Source: Amoebidium appalachense
Taxonomy: Eukaryota; Protista; Ichthyosporea
Direction of reading: 5' to 3'
DNA length: 25,975 nucleotides
NCBI GenBank assembly: GCA_963693365.1
Contig: CAVNZM010000009.1
Coordinates: forward strand, 1 to 25,975
In this document: positions 1 through 7,970 of the stretch, piece by piece
Position numbering within the stretch: the stretch's first letter is position 1
How the letters are laid out: the number at the start of each line of letters is the position of its first letter
The notes under the pieces: generated by a model
Databases searched by the model: none
Seen by the model: the letters and a program-made list of their open reading frames with translations, nothing else
What the model was told of the DNA's origin: nothing
Program-made: the position numbers and the translations under genes

Positions 1-167
1 CAACTGCAAATGGACGACACGTCATACGGCATGAAACTGACCAGCAGTGGGTGGGTGTTTTGGGAAGCTGTCACCTTGGACGGCTCTACAAGCGAGCAGG
101 AGGAGGAGGAGGAGGAATTTCTGGAGGCCCAGTTGGGCGTCAGGAGGTGGCCGTATTGGATCATGCC
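1..167 (+). repeat. 167-bp perfect inverted copy of 12470-12636 (internal part of the 12124-12963 gene)
   Basis: The reverse complement of 1-167 (CAACTG...TGGATCATGCC) equals 12470-12636. The ORF track shows the same peptide MDDTSYGMKLTSSGWVFWEAV...WPYWIMP at both places. Identity stops abruptly at 167/168. Confidence 0.95.
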
Positions 168-2636
168 GCGCAGCTTGGGCTTGGGGGTTTTGTGATGCGA
201 GCCGCGGTGCCCCCACACGCGGCCAGGGGTCTCATCCAGGTACACGGAGGCCTCGTCGATGAAAAGCAGATTCTGGCGGTTGTCCTGCAGGTGTGGCAAG
301 CGCTCGACCTCAAAGTACTGGGTGGCGGCAGCCACGGACCTTACAAAGGTGTTTGTCGGGTCGCCCTCCCCACGGCGGTACGTCAGCCCAAGCCGCTTGC
401 GCCACTTGTTGAGCGTGGACACCGACACGTTCATGCGCTCGGATTCGGGCAGGCCAGGCAGTGCGTTGTAGGCGGCCATGAGCTTCTCGCTGGTCAGGTT
501 GGGTACCTTGGTCGTGAGCTCGTAGAGCACGATCTTCTGTGTGTCCGTCAGCTTGGTGGATTTCTCATGGGCCCTTGCGAGGTTGGTGCCGTGCCGGCTG
601 CTGAACTCGCCGTGCTTGAGGGCACGTGCTATTACCCGCCGCACGGTCTGCGTGCTGACCTTGAGCCTCTGTGCGGTGTCCGTGAGCCTCTCGTCCCGCA
701 GGTGCGCAAGCAGGATGGCATCGCGGATGTCCTGCGTGTATGCCTTCCCACGGCCCAGGCGTCCTACGGGCTGTTCGGCAGTTCTCAGCGTGTGCACATC
801 GACGTCTGCGGGCAGGGGCTGTGCGAGGGGTTCCTCCCCGTACCAACGCCCCCCGGCACCAGCAGCAGGCGGGCGCCCCCCGGGGCCCACCACCCACAGG
901 GCCTCCTCTGCCCCCAGGGCGACCTTGTTGTCGGGGAGGAGCCTCAGCGTGAAGGAGCCTTTCGATGCCACGGTGCTTCGGGATGGCAGGGGTTCATAGA
1001 CCACGGAGCGGACAGGCGAAGGGCTGTCAGGCGCGTCGACGTTGAGAAGATCACCTGTGGACTCCAAGGGCATCAGCCGCTGGCGCTCCAGCTGGTACAG
1101 CGCCAGAGGGGGGTTTCCCCCGGGCTGGGGTGGGTAGAACCCCGCGACCGTGGCCTTAGACTTGTACACAACGGGCCTGCCCGTGTGCTCGATGACGTGC
1201 ATCGCCACGAGCATTGCGCGCGGGACAAAGCGGTCGAGCCTGACGACCAGGTACGTCATCGGCCGGAAGTGCTTGGAGATGTGCGGATCCACAAACACGA
1301 TCCCGCACACCGAGTCCGTAATGTCGGTTGTTGTGTTGACGGCGGTGCCCGGCGACCGGGGCCTCCCGGCGGTGTACAGGCCCGCAAGCTGCTCCCGCTT
1401 CCGGTCGGCCCAGGCGGCGATGGCCGTGCGAGCGTTGTCCGGGCTCACGCCCAGCGCATGTGCAACCGTGGCAAGTTCCTGGGCGGTGGAGTCGGCAGTG
1501 GTGGGTGTGGGCGCCTCTGCTCTTCGGCGGGTCGAAACGGCATTGGCAACAAGACGGCTGCGGGCGTCATCGAAACGGGTTTCTGAGAGCTCAGGCCGGC
1601 CGAGATCAGCGTAGAAGCGTTTGTGCATCTCCCTTTCATCATCGATGCTGGTGGCTCCGGGGGGGGCGTGTGACCCGAGGTGAATACGCTTACCATCTCG
1701 AAGGTCAAGATCCTGGTCATCGGCAAGGGCCCGCAGGATGTGCTGGACACGGCCGTAGTACTCCTGCCCTGAAAGGTCGCGCGCAACACTCATGGTCAGT
1801 TCCTTGAGGGCCTGCCGCATGGTCGCACGATCGGTACCGGCTGCGCGCAGCTCCTTGGCCAGCTTTGCACGCTCGGCGATGAGTGTCTGGAGCGCGTGCT
1901 TGTAGGGGTAGGCCCGTTCGTCGTCCTCGCGGTGGACTCCTTCCACAAACTCAGGCCGTGGCAGCCCGGGCACCATCAGGGCGAGCGCCTCGAGCATGTT
2001 GGGCTCTCCGGGATCATCGGAGTCTTCCGGCGCTTTGCCCTCCTTTGCTTTCTGGGAATCCCTTACGTTTTTTCCAGCTATGCGCTGGGCCTCCGCAAGG
2101 GCGGCATACGCCATTCGGATGCGCTCGGGATGGTCCGGTGTCGTGGGGTGGCGTGTCTTCCGATTTTCCACCTCCTTGGCGAAAAGCGCGTGGCCCCTAG
2201 AGTCCGTGACACCCTCGAGCTTGACCAGGCGCGGCGTGCTTGTGCGAACATACGCCTTGCTCAGTATCCCCTGAACGTTCTCGGCAGTTACACGGGCATC
2301 ATCGAGGGGTTCTTGGGTCAGGTCCTTGCCTGCAAGCTCCTCCCACCAGGTCTCGGATCGGGACGGTGGGGTTTGTGTAGGCGGGGCGGGTGCGTACATG
2401 GGATCACGGACACGGAATCGCAGGTTCAGATTGCCATCCCTGGCCTGCCTATCGGTGCCGGTGTTGTATGACGGGTGACGCGGGTCCTGCACCAGCTGTG
2501 CGAGGGGGAAAGGGTCATCGGCTCGGGATTCTAGAAAGAAGCGGCCAGGATTCTCGGCACTTGGCCAGGCATCGGCCACGACTTTATTGGACTGAGTGTC
2601 CACCACAACATACCCCGGTCTACGGGACCGGTCCAT
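3..2636 (-). CDS. Large protein with a C-terminal IS630/Tc1-mariner-like transposase region (HTH-HTH-DDE start). Native part 168-2636 is about 823 aa. 3'-truncated or chimeric.
   Basis: Manual translation from ATG 2636 (MDRSRRPGYVVVDTQSNK...) stays open to the window edge, so it has no stop and is absent from the track. From 749 it reads GKAYTQDIRDAILLAHLRDERLTDTAQRLKVSTQTVRRVI...KLTDTQKIVLYELTTKVPNLTSEKL...VSVSTLNKWRKRLGLTYRR...LLFIDEASVYLDETPGRVWGHRG. This is the IS630-family pattern (AYS.DLR, VS..TV.R, STL.R...LG, FIDE, WG.RG). Confidence 0.8.
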   Translation of the reverse strand, partial: MDRSRRPGYVVVDTQSNKVVADAWPSAENPGRFFLESRADDPFPLAQLVQDPRHPSYNTGTDRQARDGNLNLRFRVRDPMYAPAPPTQTPPSRSETWWEELAGKDLTQEPLDDARVTAENVQGILSKAYVRTSTPRLVKLEGVTDSRGHALFAKEVENRKTRHPTTPDHPERIRMAYAALAEAQRIAGKNVRDSQKAKEGKAPEDSDDPGEPNMLEALALMVPGLPRPEFVEGVHREDDERAYPYKHALQTLIAERAKLAKELRAAGTDRATMRQALKELTMSVARDLSGQEYYGRVQHILRALADDQDLDLRDGKRIHLGSHAPPGATSIDDEREMHKRFYADLGRPELSETRFDDARSRLVANAVSTRRRAEAPTPTTADSTAQELATVAHALGVSPDNARTAIAAWADRKREQLAGLYTAGRPRSPGTAVNTTTDITDSVCGIVFVDPHISKHFRPMTYLVVRLDRFVPRAMLVAMHVIEHTGRPVVYKSKATVAGFYPPQPGGNPPLALYQLERQRLMPLESTGDLLNVDAPDSPSPVRSVVYEPLPSRSTVASKGSFTLRLLPDNKVALGAEEALWVVGPGGRPPAAGAGGRWYGEEPLAQPLPADVDVHTLRTAEQPVGRLGRGKAYTQDIRDAILLAHLRDERLTDTAQRLKVSTQTVRRVIARALKHGEFSSRHGTNLARAHEKSTKLTDTQKIVLYELTTKVPNLTSEKLMAAYNALPGLPESERMNVSVSTLNKWRKRLGLTYRRGEGDPTNTFVRSVAAATQYFEVERLPHLQDNRQNLLFIDEASVYLDETPGRVWGHRGSHHKTPKPKLRGMIQYGHLLTPNWASRNSSSSSSCSLVEPSKVTASQNTHPLLVSFMPYDVSSICS

Positions 2637-2655
2637 GCCCCAGGCGTGGAAAATC

Positions 2656-3441
2656 TCACAATGGGCACAGATGGAAGGCTAGGACGCCTAAGTCACTGAC
2701 GGCGTACTCGAATCGGATGAGCTTGTTACTGGACATGTGTATCCTGACGTTGCTGTTCACGCACGCGCCCTTGCAGAACGCGCTGAGATACTTGACCATG
2801 AACTGCGCCTTGACCTTCTCGATCGGGACCTTCTTGAACTCCACACCCGTGGCTTTTCCCCTTCTGATCTTCAGCGCGTCCTCTCCCTTTTCGGGGATGT
2901 CTATCCTGCACTTCCCCAGCGCGCCCAGCGCACGCAGCCGGAGCGTGCGATCCGCGACAGTGATCTTCACGACATTGGACACGGCCTGGATGTCCCTCAG
3001 GTAGCGCGCAAGCTCCTGGGCGTCGATGACAAAGACACAGTCGTAATCGAGCGATGGGGCGTCGAGGATTTGCCGCACCTCCTTGACCAGGGTCATGTTG
3101 TACACGATGCAGCTGCTGTCATCGGTGGTCTCCATCTTGACCTGCAGGGTGTCGTCCGTGGCGGTGAATGCGATGCTGTTGAAGCGGTGGGCGGTGGCGT
3201 TCTTGACGATCTTGTACAGGTTCTGGATCTCGAACGTGGCGGTCACATCATTGGGTACGTCGAAGATCTCAAACTTGTCGGGGTGCAGCTTCATGTAGAC
3301 GTAGGCCTTCTTTGCATTGTCAACTGCGGGCAGAACAAAGCCCTCCTTCCCACTGAACAGCACGGTCACCTCGCCGAGGATGTCCTTGACGCTGTCGATG
3401 GCGCATTTGAACGTGTTGACTTGCACGGTCTTGACGAGCAT
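2656..3441 (-). CDS. PCNA: Proliferating cell nuclear antigen (sliding clamp), viral type
   Basis: 261 aa. FKCAIDSVKDIL, AVDNAKKAYVYMKL, ELARYLRDI, FMVKYLSAFCK and the C-terminal FEYAVSDLGVLAFHLCP match the PCNA pattern. Kozak-like CCACCATG start with a TATA box upstream. Confidence 0.92.
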   Translation of the reverse strand: MLVKTVQVNTFKCAIDSVKDILGEVTVLFSGKEGFVLPAVDNAKKAYVYMKLHPDKFEIFDVPNDVTATFEIQNLYKIVKNATAHRFNSIAFTATDDTLQVKMETTDDSSCIVYNMTLVKEVRQILDAPSLDYDCVFVIDAQELARYLRDIQAVSNVVKITVADRTLRLRALGALGKCRIDIPEKGEDALKIRRGKATGVEFKKVPIEKVKAQFMVKYLSAFCKGACVNSNVRIHMSSNKLIRFEYAVSDLGVLAFHLCPL

Positions 3442-3475
3442 GGTGGGGGACTGACGCTGAACGTGCCGGCAACGC

Positions 3476-3490
3476 TGTTTTTATACCCTT
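3476..3490 (-). promoter_or_regulatory. TATA-box promoter (AAGGGTATAAAAA) of PCNA
   Basis: TATA starts 44 nt upstream of ATG 3441. The same motif recurs upstream of several other genes. Confidence 0.65.
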
Positions 3491-3529
3491 GGGGGCCCGG
3501 GGGTTGGGGCTTTTTTCTATACAACCGGT

Positions 3530-4360
3530 ATGAATTCTGGATCCATGGACCGCACGCTGCTGTACATGGGCATCATCGCAGCTGGCTTCTACTACTACAA
3601 CAAGAGGGCGTCGGCATGGCCAACAGCACCTACGTTCCAGCCTGAGGACAGTGACCCGGGGCAACAGCCCGGAGGCAACAACGACCCTGGCATGCAGTGG
3701 GGGCTGCAAACCTCCGACAGCCCATTTGACCGAGACCTGGCACTTGCATACCGGGACAGTGCTAGGGGGTTCGACGACGATACCGTCGCCATGGGCAACC
3801 AGGAGTACTTTGGAGACGAGGAGGACGAGTACGTGCTCGGCTACGACGAGTACGCCACGGCCGACGGCGGGGGCACGGTCGTCAACACGGGCAACGGGCC
3901 AGTTACGGTACCGCAGGCGCCTCCTTCGACGCGGGCTGTGCAGCAGGCTTCGGTGGTTCCCTCAGGCACACCGTCAGCGCTCATCGGCGCGCCCGCACGT
4001 CCGGCTGTGCACCCCAACCTTGTGCAGACCGTGCATCGGGCAGGGCCAAACGTCAGCAACTCCACCATGGACGCGATCTCACAGATCCGGGGCACGGGCC
4101 TCTTCACGGGCAGCGAGATGCGGCCGCGTGAGAGGCTGAGCGTGGCGAAGCTGACGCCGCAGGAGGTGCTTGCCGCCACGACACGTCCCCGCAACGTGGC
4201 GGCACCCGCCGTGTACAAGAAGAACGGCAACCTGCAGCTACGACCCGACCCAGCGATCCACAGCGCCGGGTTGGACAACCTCCCGTCCATCAGCACACAG
4301 CGCGACCTCAGGCAGCGCGAGTCGTTCTCAAACGAGCTGGCATCGACACTGCTTTTTTGA
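3530..4360 (+). CDS. Membrane-anchored virion protein, NCLDV minor capsid protein P11-like
   Basis: N-terminal hydrophobic helix (LLYMGIIAAGFYYY) and a low-complexity middle. The C-terminal KNGNLQLRPDPAI...SISTQRDLRQR resembles the NxNLQLRxxP...STxxxDLxR motif I recall for P11-type proteins. Alternative start at ATG 3545. Confidence 0.6.
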   Translation: MNSGSMDRTLLYMGIIAAGFYYYNKRASAWPTAPTFQPEDSDPGQQPGGNNDPGMQWGLQTSDSPFDRDLALAYRDSARGFDDDTVAMGNQEYFGDEEDEYVLGYDEYATADGGGTVVNTGNGPVTVPQAPPSTRAVQQASVVPSGTPSALIGAPARPAVHPNLVQTVHRAGPNVSNSTMDAISQIRGTGLFTGSEMRPRERLSVAKLTPQEVLAATTRPRNVAAPAVYKKNGNLQLRPDPAIHSAGLDNLPSISTQRDLRQRESFSNELASTLLF

Positions 4361-4656
4361 ACGAAATAAAGCAGGATGAACCCCCCCCCCTGCCCCCCCC
4401 CACAGATGCACCGATCGTGTTCTCCCCGCAAGCAGCCCGATCAGCCCGCACCGTGTTCTTCTCGAACCAGAGAGAACAGGACGGCGGGCGCGACCCTTCG
4501 GCCCGCGAATTCGTAGAGAAAACGGTCCTCGGCCCCACCATGTCTCCCGCGGACAAAGAGAACACCGTGGCACACCGTTACAATGTCTCCGAAATTTCTA
4601 GAGAACAGGGTCGTGGGGTTGACCCTGTTCGCCCTGTCCAGGACCGCTTTTATTGA
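4357..4656 (+). CDS. Hypothetical small protein (start uncertain)
   Basis: 99-aa frame filling the gap, followed by AATAAA. It begins at TTG. The nearby ATG 4376 is out of frame across C homopolymers (4381-4400), so an indel is possible. Confidence 0.35.
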   Translation: MNEIKQDEPPPLPPPTDAPIVFSPQAARSARTVFFSNQREQDGGRDPSAREFVEKTVLGPTMSPADKENTVAHRYNVSEISREQGRGVDPVRPVQDRFY

Positions 4657-4764
4657 ATAAAGGAGCCCCTCCCGGAATATAGGCAAGCAAAATATTCGAT
4701 CAGTGGATTGCATGATTATCATCGGCGCTGTAAGCAAATGTTGCGTTGCAAAGAACTGGTGTGC

Positions 4765-6189
4765 ATGGAGCAGGCACTCGTGCCCCACTCCATCTCATTC
4801 GACACGGGCACCCTGAACCTCGAGGATGCGGCAGCGTGCGTGGCCCATGTCCTCCCCTACTCCGTTCCGGTTGAGGGGCCGTGCGCGGGGCTGACGCTGG
4901 GCGCGGCGGTGGGGGTCCTGAACAGCGCGCTGACGGTCAAGGACGATAACGTGTTGTCCACGGTGAATGAAATCAACGCAACATTGAGAAGCCATCAAGC
5001 TAGTCTGGCTCTCAAGGCTGAGAAGACTGCACTGGCAGCGCTTGCCGAGGTGGTTAATACAAAAGCAGATGAAGTTAGTGTGGCGGAGCGCCTAGACCAG
5101 AAAGCAGATAAGATCACGATCGACACAACTCTCGATGGCATCACGCAGGAGTTTGGTGACCGGTGCACAAACATCGAACAGCAAGTCCTTCTAAAAGAAG
5201 AGAAGAGTGTGGTGGCCCAGCTCCGCAGTGACTTCGCCGAACGGACTGTCTATGTAGACAGCGAATTGTCGAACAGGGAGACCAAGGCCGTGGTGGGGAA
5301 GCTCAGAAACAACTTTACTGATAGGACCGCCTATGTCGATGGCGAACTCGACCTTAGGGAATCCAAGGCCGTGGTTGCAACATTAAGAACCGATTTCACT
5401 AACAGAACCGTTTACGTAGACGGCCTTCTAGCCAAAAAAGCGGAAGCTACCATTGTGGATGCTTTGCAGAGCACCGTGCAGACACACGGCACAACCCTAG
5501 CGGCGAAAGCAGACTCAAGTTACGTAGACGGCCTTCTAGCCAAAAAAGCGGAAGCTACCATTGTGGATGCTTTGCAGAGCACCGTGCAGACACACGGCAC
5601 AACCCTAGCGGCGAAAGCAGACTCAAGTTACGTAGACGGCCTTCTAGCCAAAAAAGCGGAAGCTACCATTGTGGATGCTTTGCAGAGCACCGTGCAGACA
5701 CACGGCACAACCCTAGCGGCGAAAGCAGACTCAAGTTACGTAGACGGCCTTCTAGCCAAAAAAGCGGAAGCTACCATTGTGGATGCTTTGCAGAGCACCG
5801 TGCAGACACACGGCACAACCCTAGCGGCGAAAGCAGACTCAAGCACTGTGCAGGCACTCCAAACAACCGTCCAGACTCAAGGCACTACGCTGGCTGCGAA
5901 GGCCGACAAAAGTTACTGCGATACGCAGTTGAACACCAAAGCAAACACCAGCGTGGTCGGCACCTACACCACCCCCACCACGGGCCCCGCCGCCACCAAA
6001 ACCACCATCTCAGCCGCCGTGCTCGCGCTGAACGCGAGCGCCCCGCCGGCCAACGTGGGCACGTGGGCCGCGCCGACCGTGGGGCCCGCCGCGGGCAAGG
6101 CGACGATCGCCGAGGCCGTGCTGGCCATCAACGACCATGTGGACCGGCTGACGTCGGCGCTCGAGGCGCTGGTCGCCCGGCTTGAGTAA
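4765..6189 (+). CDS. Coiled-coil, repeat-containing fibre/spike-like protein
   Basis: KAD/KAE-type helical repeats, 3 degenerate 27-aa repeats, 4 identical 36-aa repeats and a duplicated C-terminal motif. Likely start is ATG 4765 (MEQALVPH); the track start is 4708. Confidence 0.7.
   Translation: MEQALVPHSISFDTGTLNLEDAAACVAHVLPYSVPVEGPCAGLTLGAAVGVLNSALTVKDDNVLSTVNEINATLRSHQASLALKAEKTALAALAEVVNTKADEVSVAERLDQKADKITIDTTLDGITQEFGDRCTNIEQQVLLKEEKSVVAQLRSDFAERTVYVDSELSNRETKAVVGKLRNNFTDRTAYVDGELDLRESKAVVATLRTDFTNRTVYVDGLLAKKAEATIVDALQSTVQTHGTTLAAKADSSYVDGLLAKKAEATIVDALQSTVQTHGTTLAAKADSSYVDGLLAKKAEATIVDALQSTVQTHGTTLAAKADSSYVDGLLAKKAEATIVDALQSTVQTHGTTLAAKADSSTVQALQTTVQTQGTTLAAKADKSYCDTQLNTKANTSVVGTYTTPTTGPAATKTTISAAVLALNASAPPANVGTWAAPTVGPAAGKATIAEAVLAINDHVDRLTSALEALVARLE
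5412..5843 (+). repeat. Coding tandem repeat, 4 x 108 bp, identical
   Basis: TACGTAGACGGCCTTCTAGCC... recurs at 5413, 5521, 5629 and 5737 and encodes YVDGLLAKKAEATIVDALQSTVQTHGTTLAAKADSS. Confidence 0.97.
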
Positions 6190-6201
6190 AGTCTGACAAG
6201 T

Positions 6202-7875
6202 TCACGCATTTATGTTGAGATACCAGCCGGCCCAGTCGCACCAGCGCCACGTCAGGTTCCGTGTGGCGTCATAGTAGTCCACGTCCTTGTACTGCTGCGC
6301 GTCGACGGTGCCATCTGGCTTTGCGCCCTCGAGGTCGTCCAGGCGCACGATGCTTCCCGTGTAGTAGTTGCCAGTCGTTTGTGCGGGCCACGGGGAGCCC
6401 GTGTAGAAGGAGGACACCAGAGGTTCATTGTTGTCGCTTGTAAAATCAAATTTCGCACACGAAACGCCTGGGTTGGCGGCCTCCATGAGGCGCCCCATTT
6501 CGTTTGTGTCCCAGAACGGTTCCGTACTATCCCTGACCGACTGCTTGGTTTTTGCGGTGTTGATTGCCACATTATAAGGCAGTGCCACGTATCTGTACTT
6601 TGTAGCCTGAGGGACAACACAGACAAACTTTGTTTTGTGGCCGTACGATACGCTTATCTCATCCATGCCGACGTCCAATAGTATGTTCTCGTTGTTGATG
6701 GCGCCTCCGAAAATATAGGAATCGCTTCTCCCGTCGCTGACAAGATAGGCGGGAACGGGTGTGTTCGAGAGCCAACTGAGGGACTCCGTGCAGAGGGCGC
6801 CTGGTGGGGCGGTCCAGCTATCCGATCCGAAGCTCGGGTACCTCCTCTCAACGGCGACAAAGCCCGGCTTGGGGACAAGGTAGAAGAAGTTGTCCGTTTG
6901 GAACATGTTGCGGTACAGAGAGGGCATGCCTGCGACACCTGGTGCTGCATACGTGCCTGCAAGGGACCCGGTGGTAACATTGACACATCGGACCGTTCCA
7001 AATTTCGAGCCGTGCGCCCACGTGAAGCACAAAGCTGCGAAGGTAGGACCCTCCTTGTAGATTATCCCAAACGTCACGGCCCCGGGCGGCACGCGCGGGC
7101 TGCGGACCCAGCGGTAGCCGGGCCCGTCGATCTCGTTGAGCACGAGCGAGCGGGCGTCGCGGCCGGGCACGCCCAGGTCGTACGTCCACAGCTCGATGTC
7201 CTTGACGGCGTGCTCGGTGTAGTCGGCCGTGGATGTGTAGGCGCACAGCGAGAGAAAGGTACTGGCGGTGGATGAGGGGGTCAGGTCGGCCAGTGTGTAT
7301 GTCAGGCGCAGCCGGCCGAGCGAACAGAACACGTAGCCGGCGTCCGGGGCGATGCTTATGACGCACGTCTGCCAGGCGCCGTTGGTGCCGTTGGCCGGCC
7401 ATCCCAGGAAGTTGAACGAGCCGTTGGGCTGGTAGGACACGACCTTCCCGGACCCCGGATTGAACTGCAGGCGGAACTCCTTGCCGGCGACGGCTCCGTT
7501 TGGGAACGAGTTGGCCTGGTTCCACGACACGTACAGGGCCTCCTTCTGCGGGATGGACCCTGCGCCGGTCCTGAACTTGAAGGACAGCACGAAGCGCTGC
7601 CCGGGGCACACAGGCCAGTACACGTAGCCGGTCTGGTTGGCGGCGTTTACAGACTTCGAATCTAATGCCTTACTGGAAGTCAAGAGCGGCAATACATTTG
7701 ACATTGTTTCCAGTACAGCCTGTGTGACTCCTGGGGAGACTGTCGTTCTAGTCTTGGTCTCGAGGTCATCTAATATGCGATGGATTTTCTCTTCAATTAC
7801 TTTGTGCAGTGTCATTTCAGTGGTTTCGGTGTGTTTTTTGTCTTCTATGGAGGTCTCTACTTCCTCTGACGCCAT
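6202..7875 (-). CDS. Putative virion surface protein with a ConA/L-type lectin-like beta-sandwich (about 7187-7650)
   Basis: 557 aa with a CCACCATGG start. The segment NAANQTGYVYW...FVLSFKFRTG...FLSLCAYTSTADYTEHAVKDIEL resembles L-type lectin strands. The remainder is aromatic- and Gly-rich. Confidence 0.55.
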   Translation of the reverse strand: MASEEVETSIEDKKHTETTEMTLHKVIEEKIHRILDDLETKTRTTVSPGVTQAVLETMSNVLPLLTSSKALDSKSVNAANQTGYVYWPVCPGQRFVLSFKFRTGAGSIPQKEALYVSWNQANSFPNGAVAGKEFRLQFNPGSGKVVSYQPNGSFNFLGWPANGTNGAWQTCVISIAPDAGYVFCSLGRLRLTYTLADLTPSSTASTFLSLCAYTSTADYTEHAVKDIELWTYDLGVPGRDARSLVLNEIDGPGYRWVRSPRVPPGAVTFGIIYKEGPTFAALCFTWAHGSKFGTVRCVNVTTGSLAGTYAAPGVAGMPSLYRNMFQTDNFFYLVPKPGFVAVERRYPSFGSDSWTAPPGALCTESLSWLSNTPVPAYLVSDGRSDSYIFGGAINNENILLDVGMDEISVSYGHKTKFVCVVPQATKYRYVALPYNVAINTAKTKQSVRDSTEPFWDTNEMGRLMEAANPGVSCAKFDFTSDNNEPLVSSFYTGSPWPAQTTGNYYTGSIVRLDDLEGAKPDGTVDAQQYKDVDYYDATRNLTWRWCDWAGWYLNINA

Positions 7876-7970
7876 GGTGGGTGTATCTGTCTTACTCTCC
7901 TAAAATAATTTACAGCCACCAAACACCTATCATCCTCAACCTAGATTTGTCTATCCCAAACCACCACGCG

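Noticed and set aside
10-195. 61-aa ORF MDDTSYGMK…
   Set aside because: A fragment of the 12124-12963 gene carried by the inverted copy, not an independent gene.
51-2471. Long plus-strand ORFs 51-1586 (511 aa), 1896-2471 and others
   Set aside because: Antisense shadows of the GC3-rich minus-strand gene starting at 2636. Their composition is unnatural and they carry no motifs.
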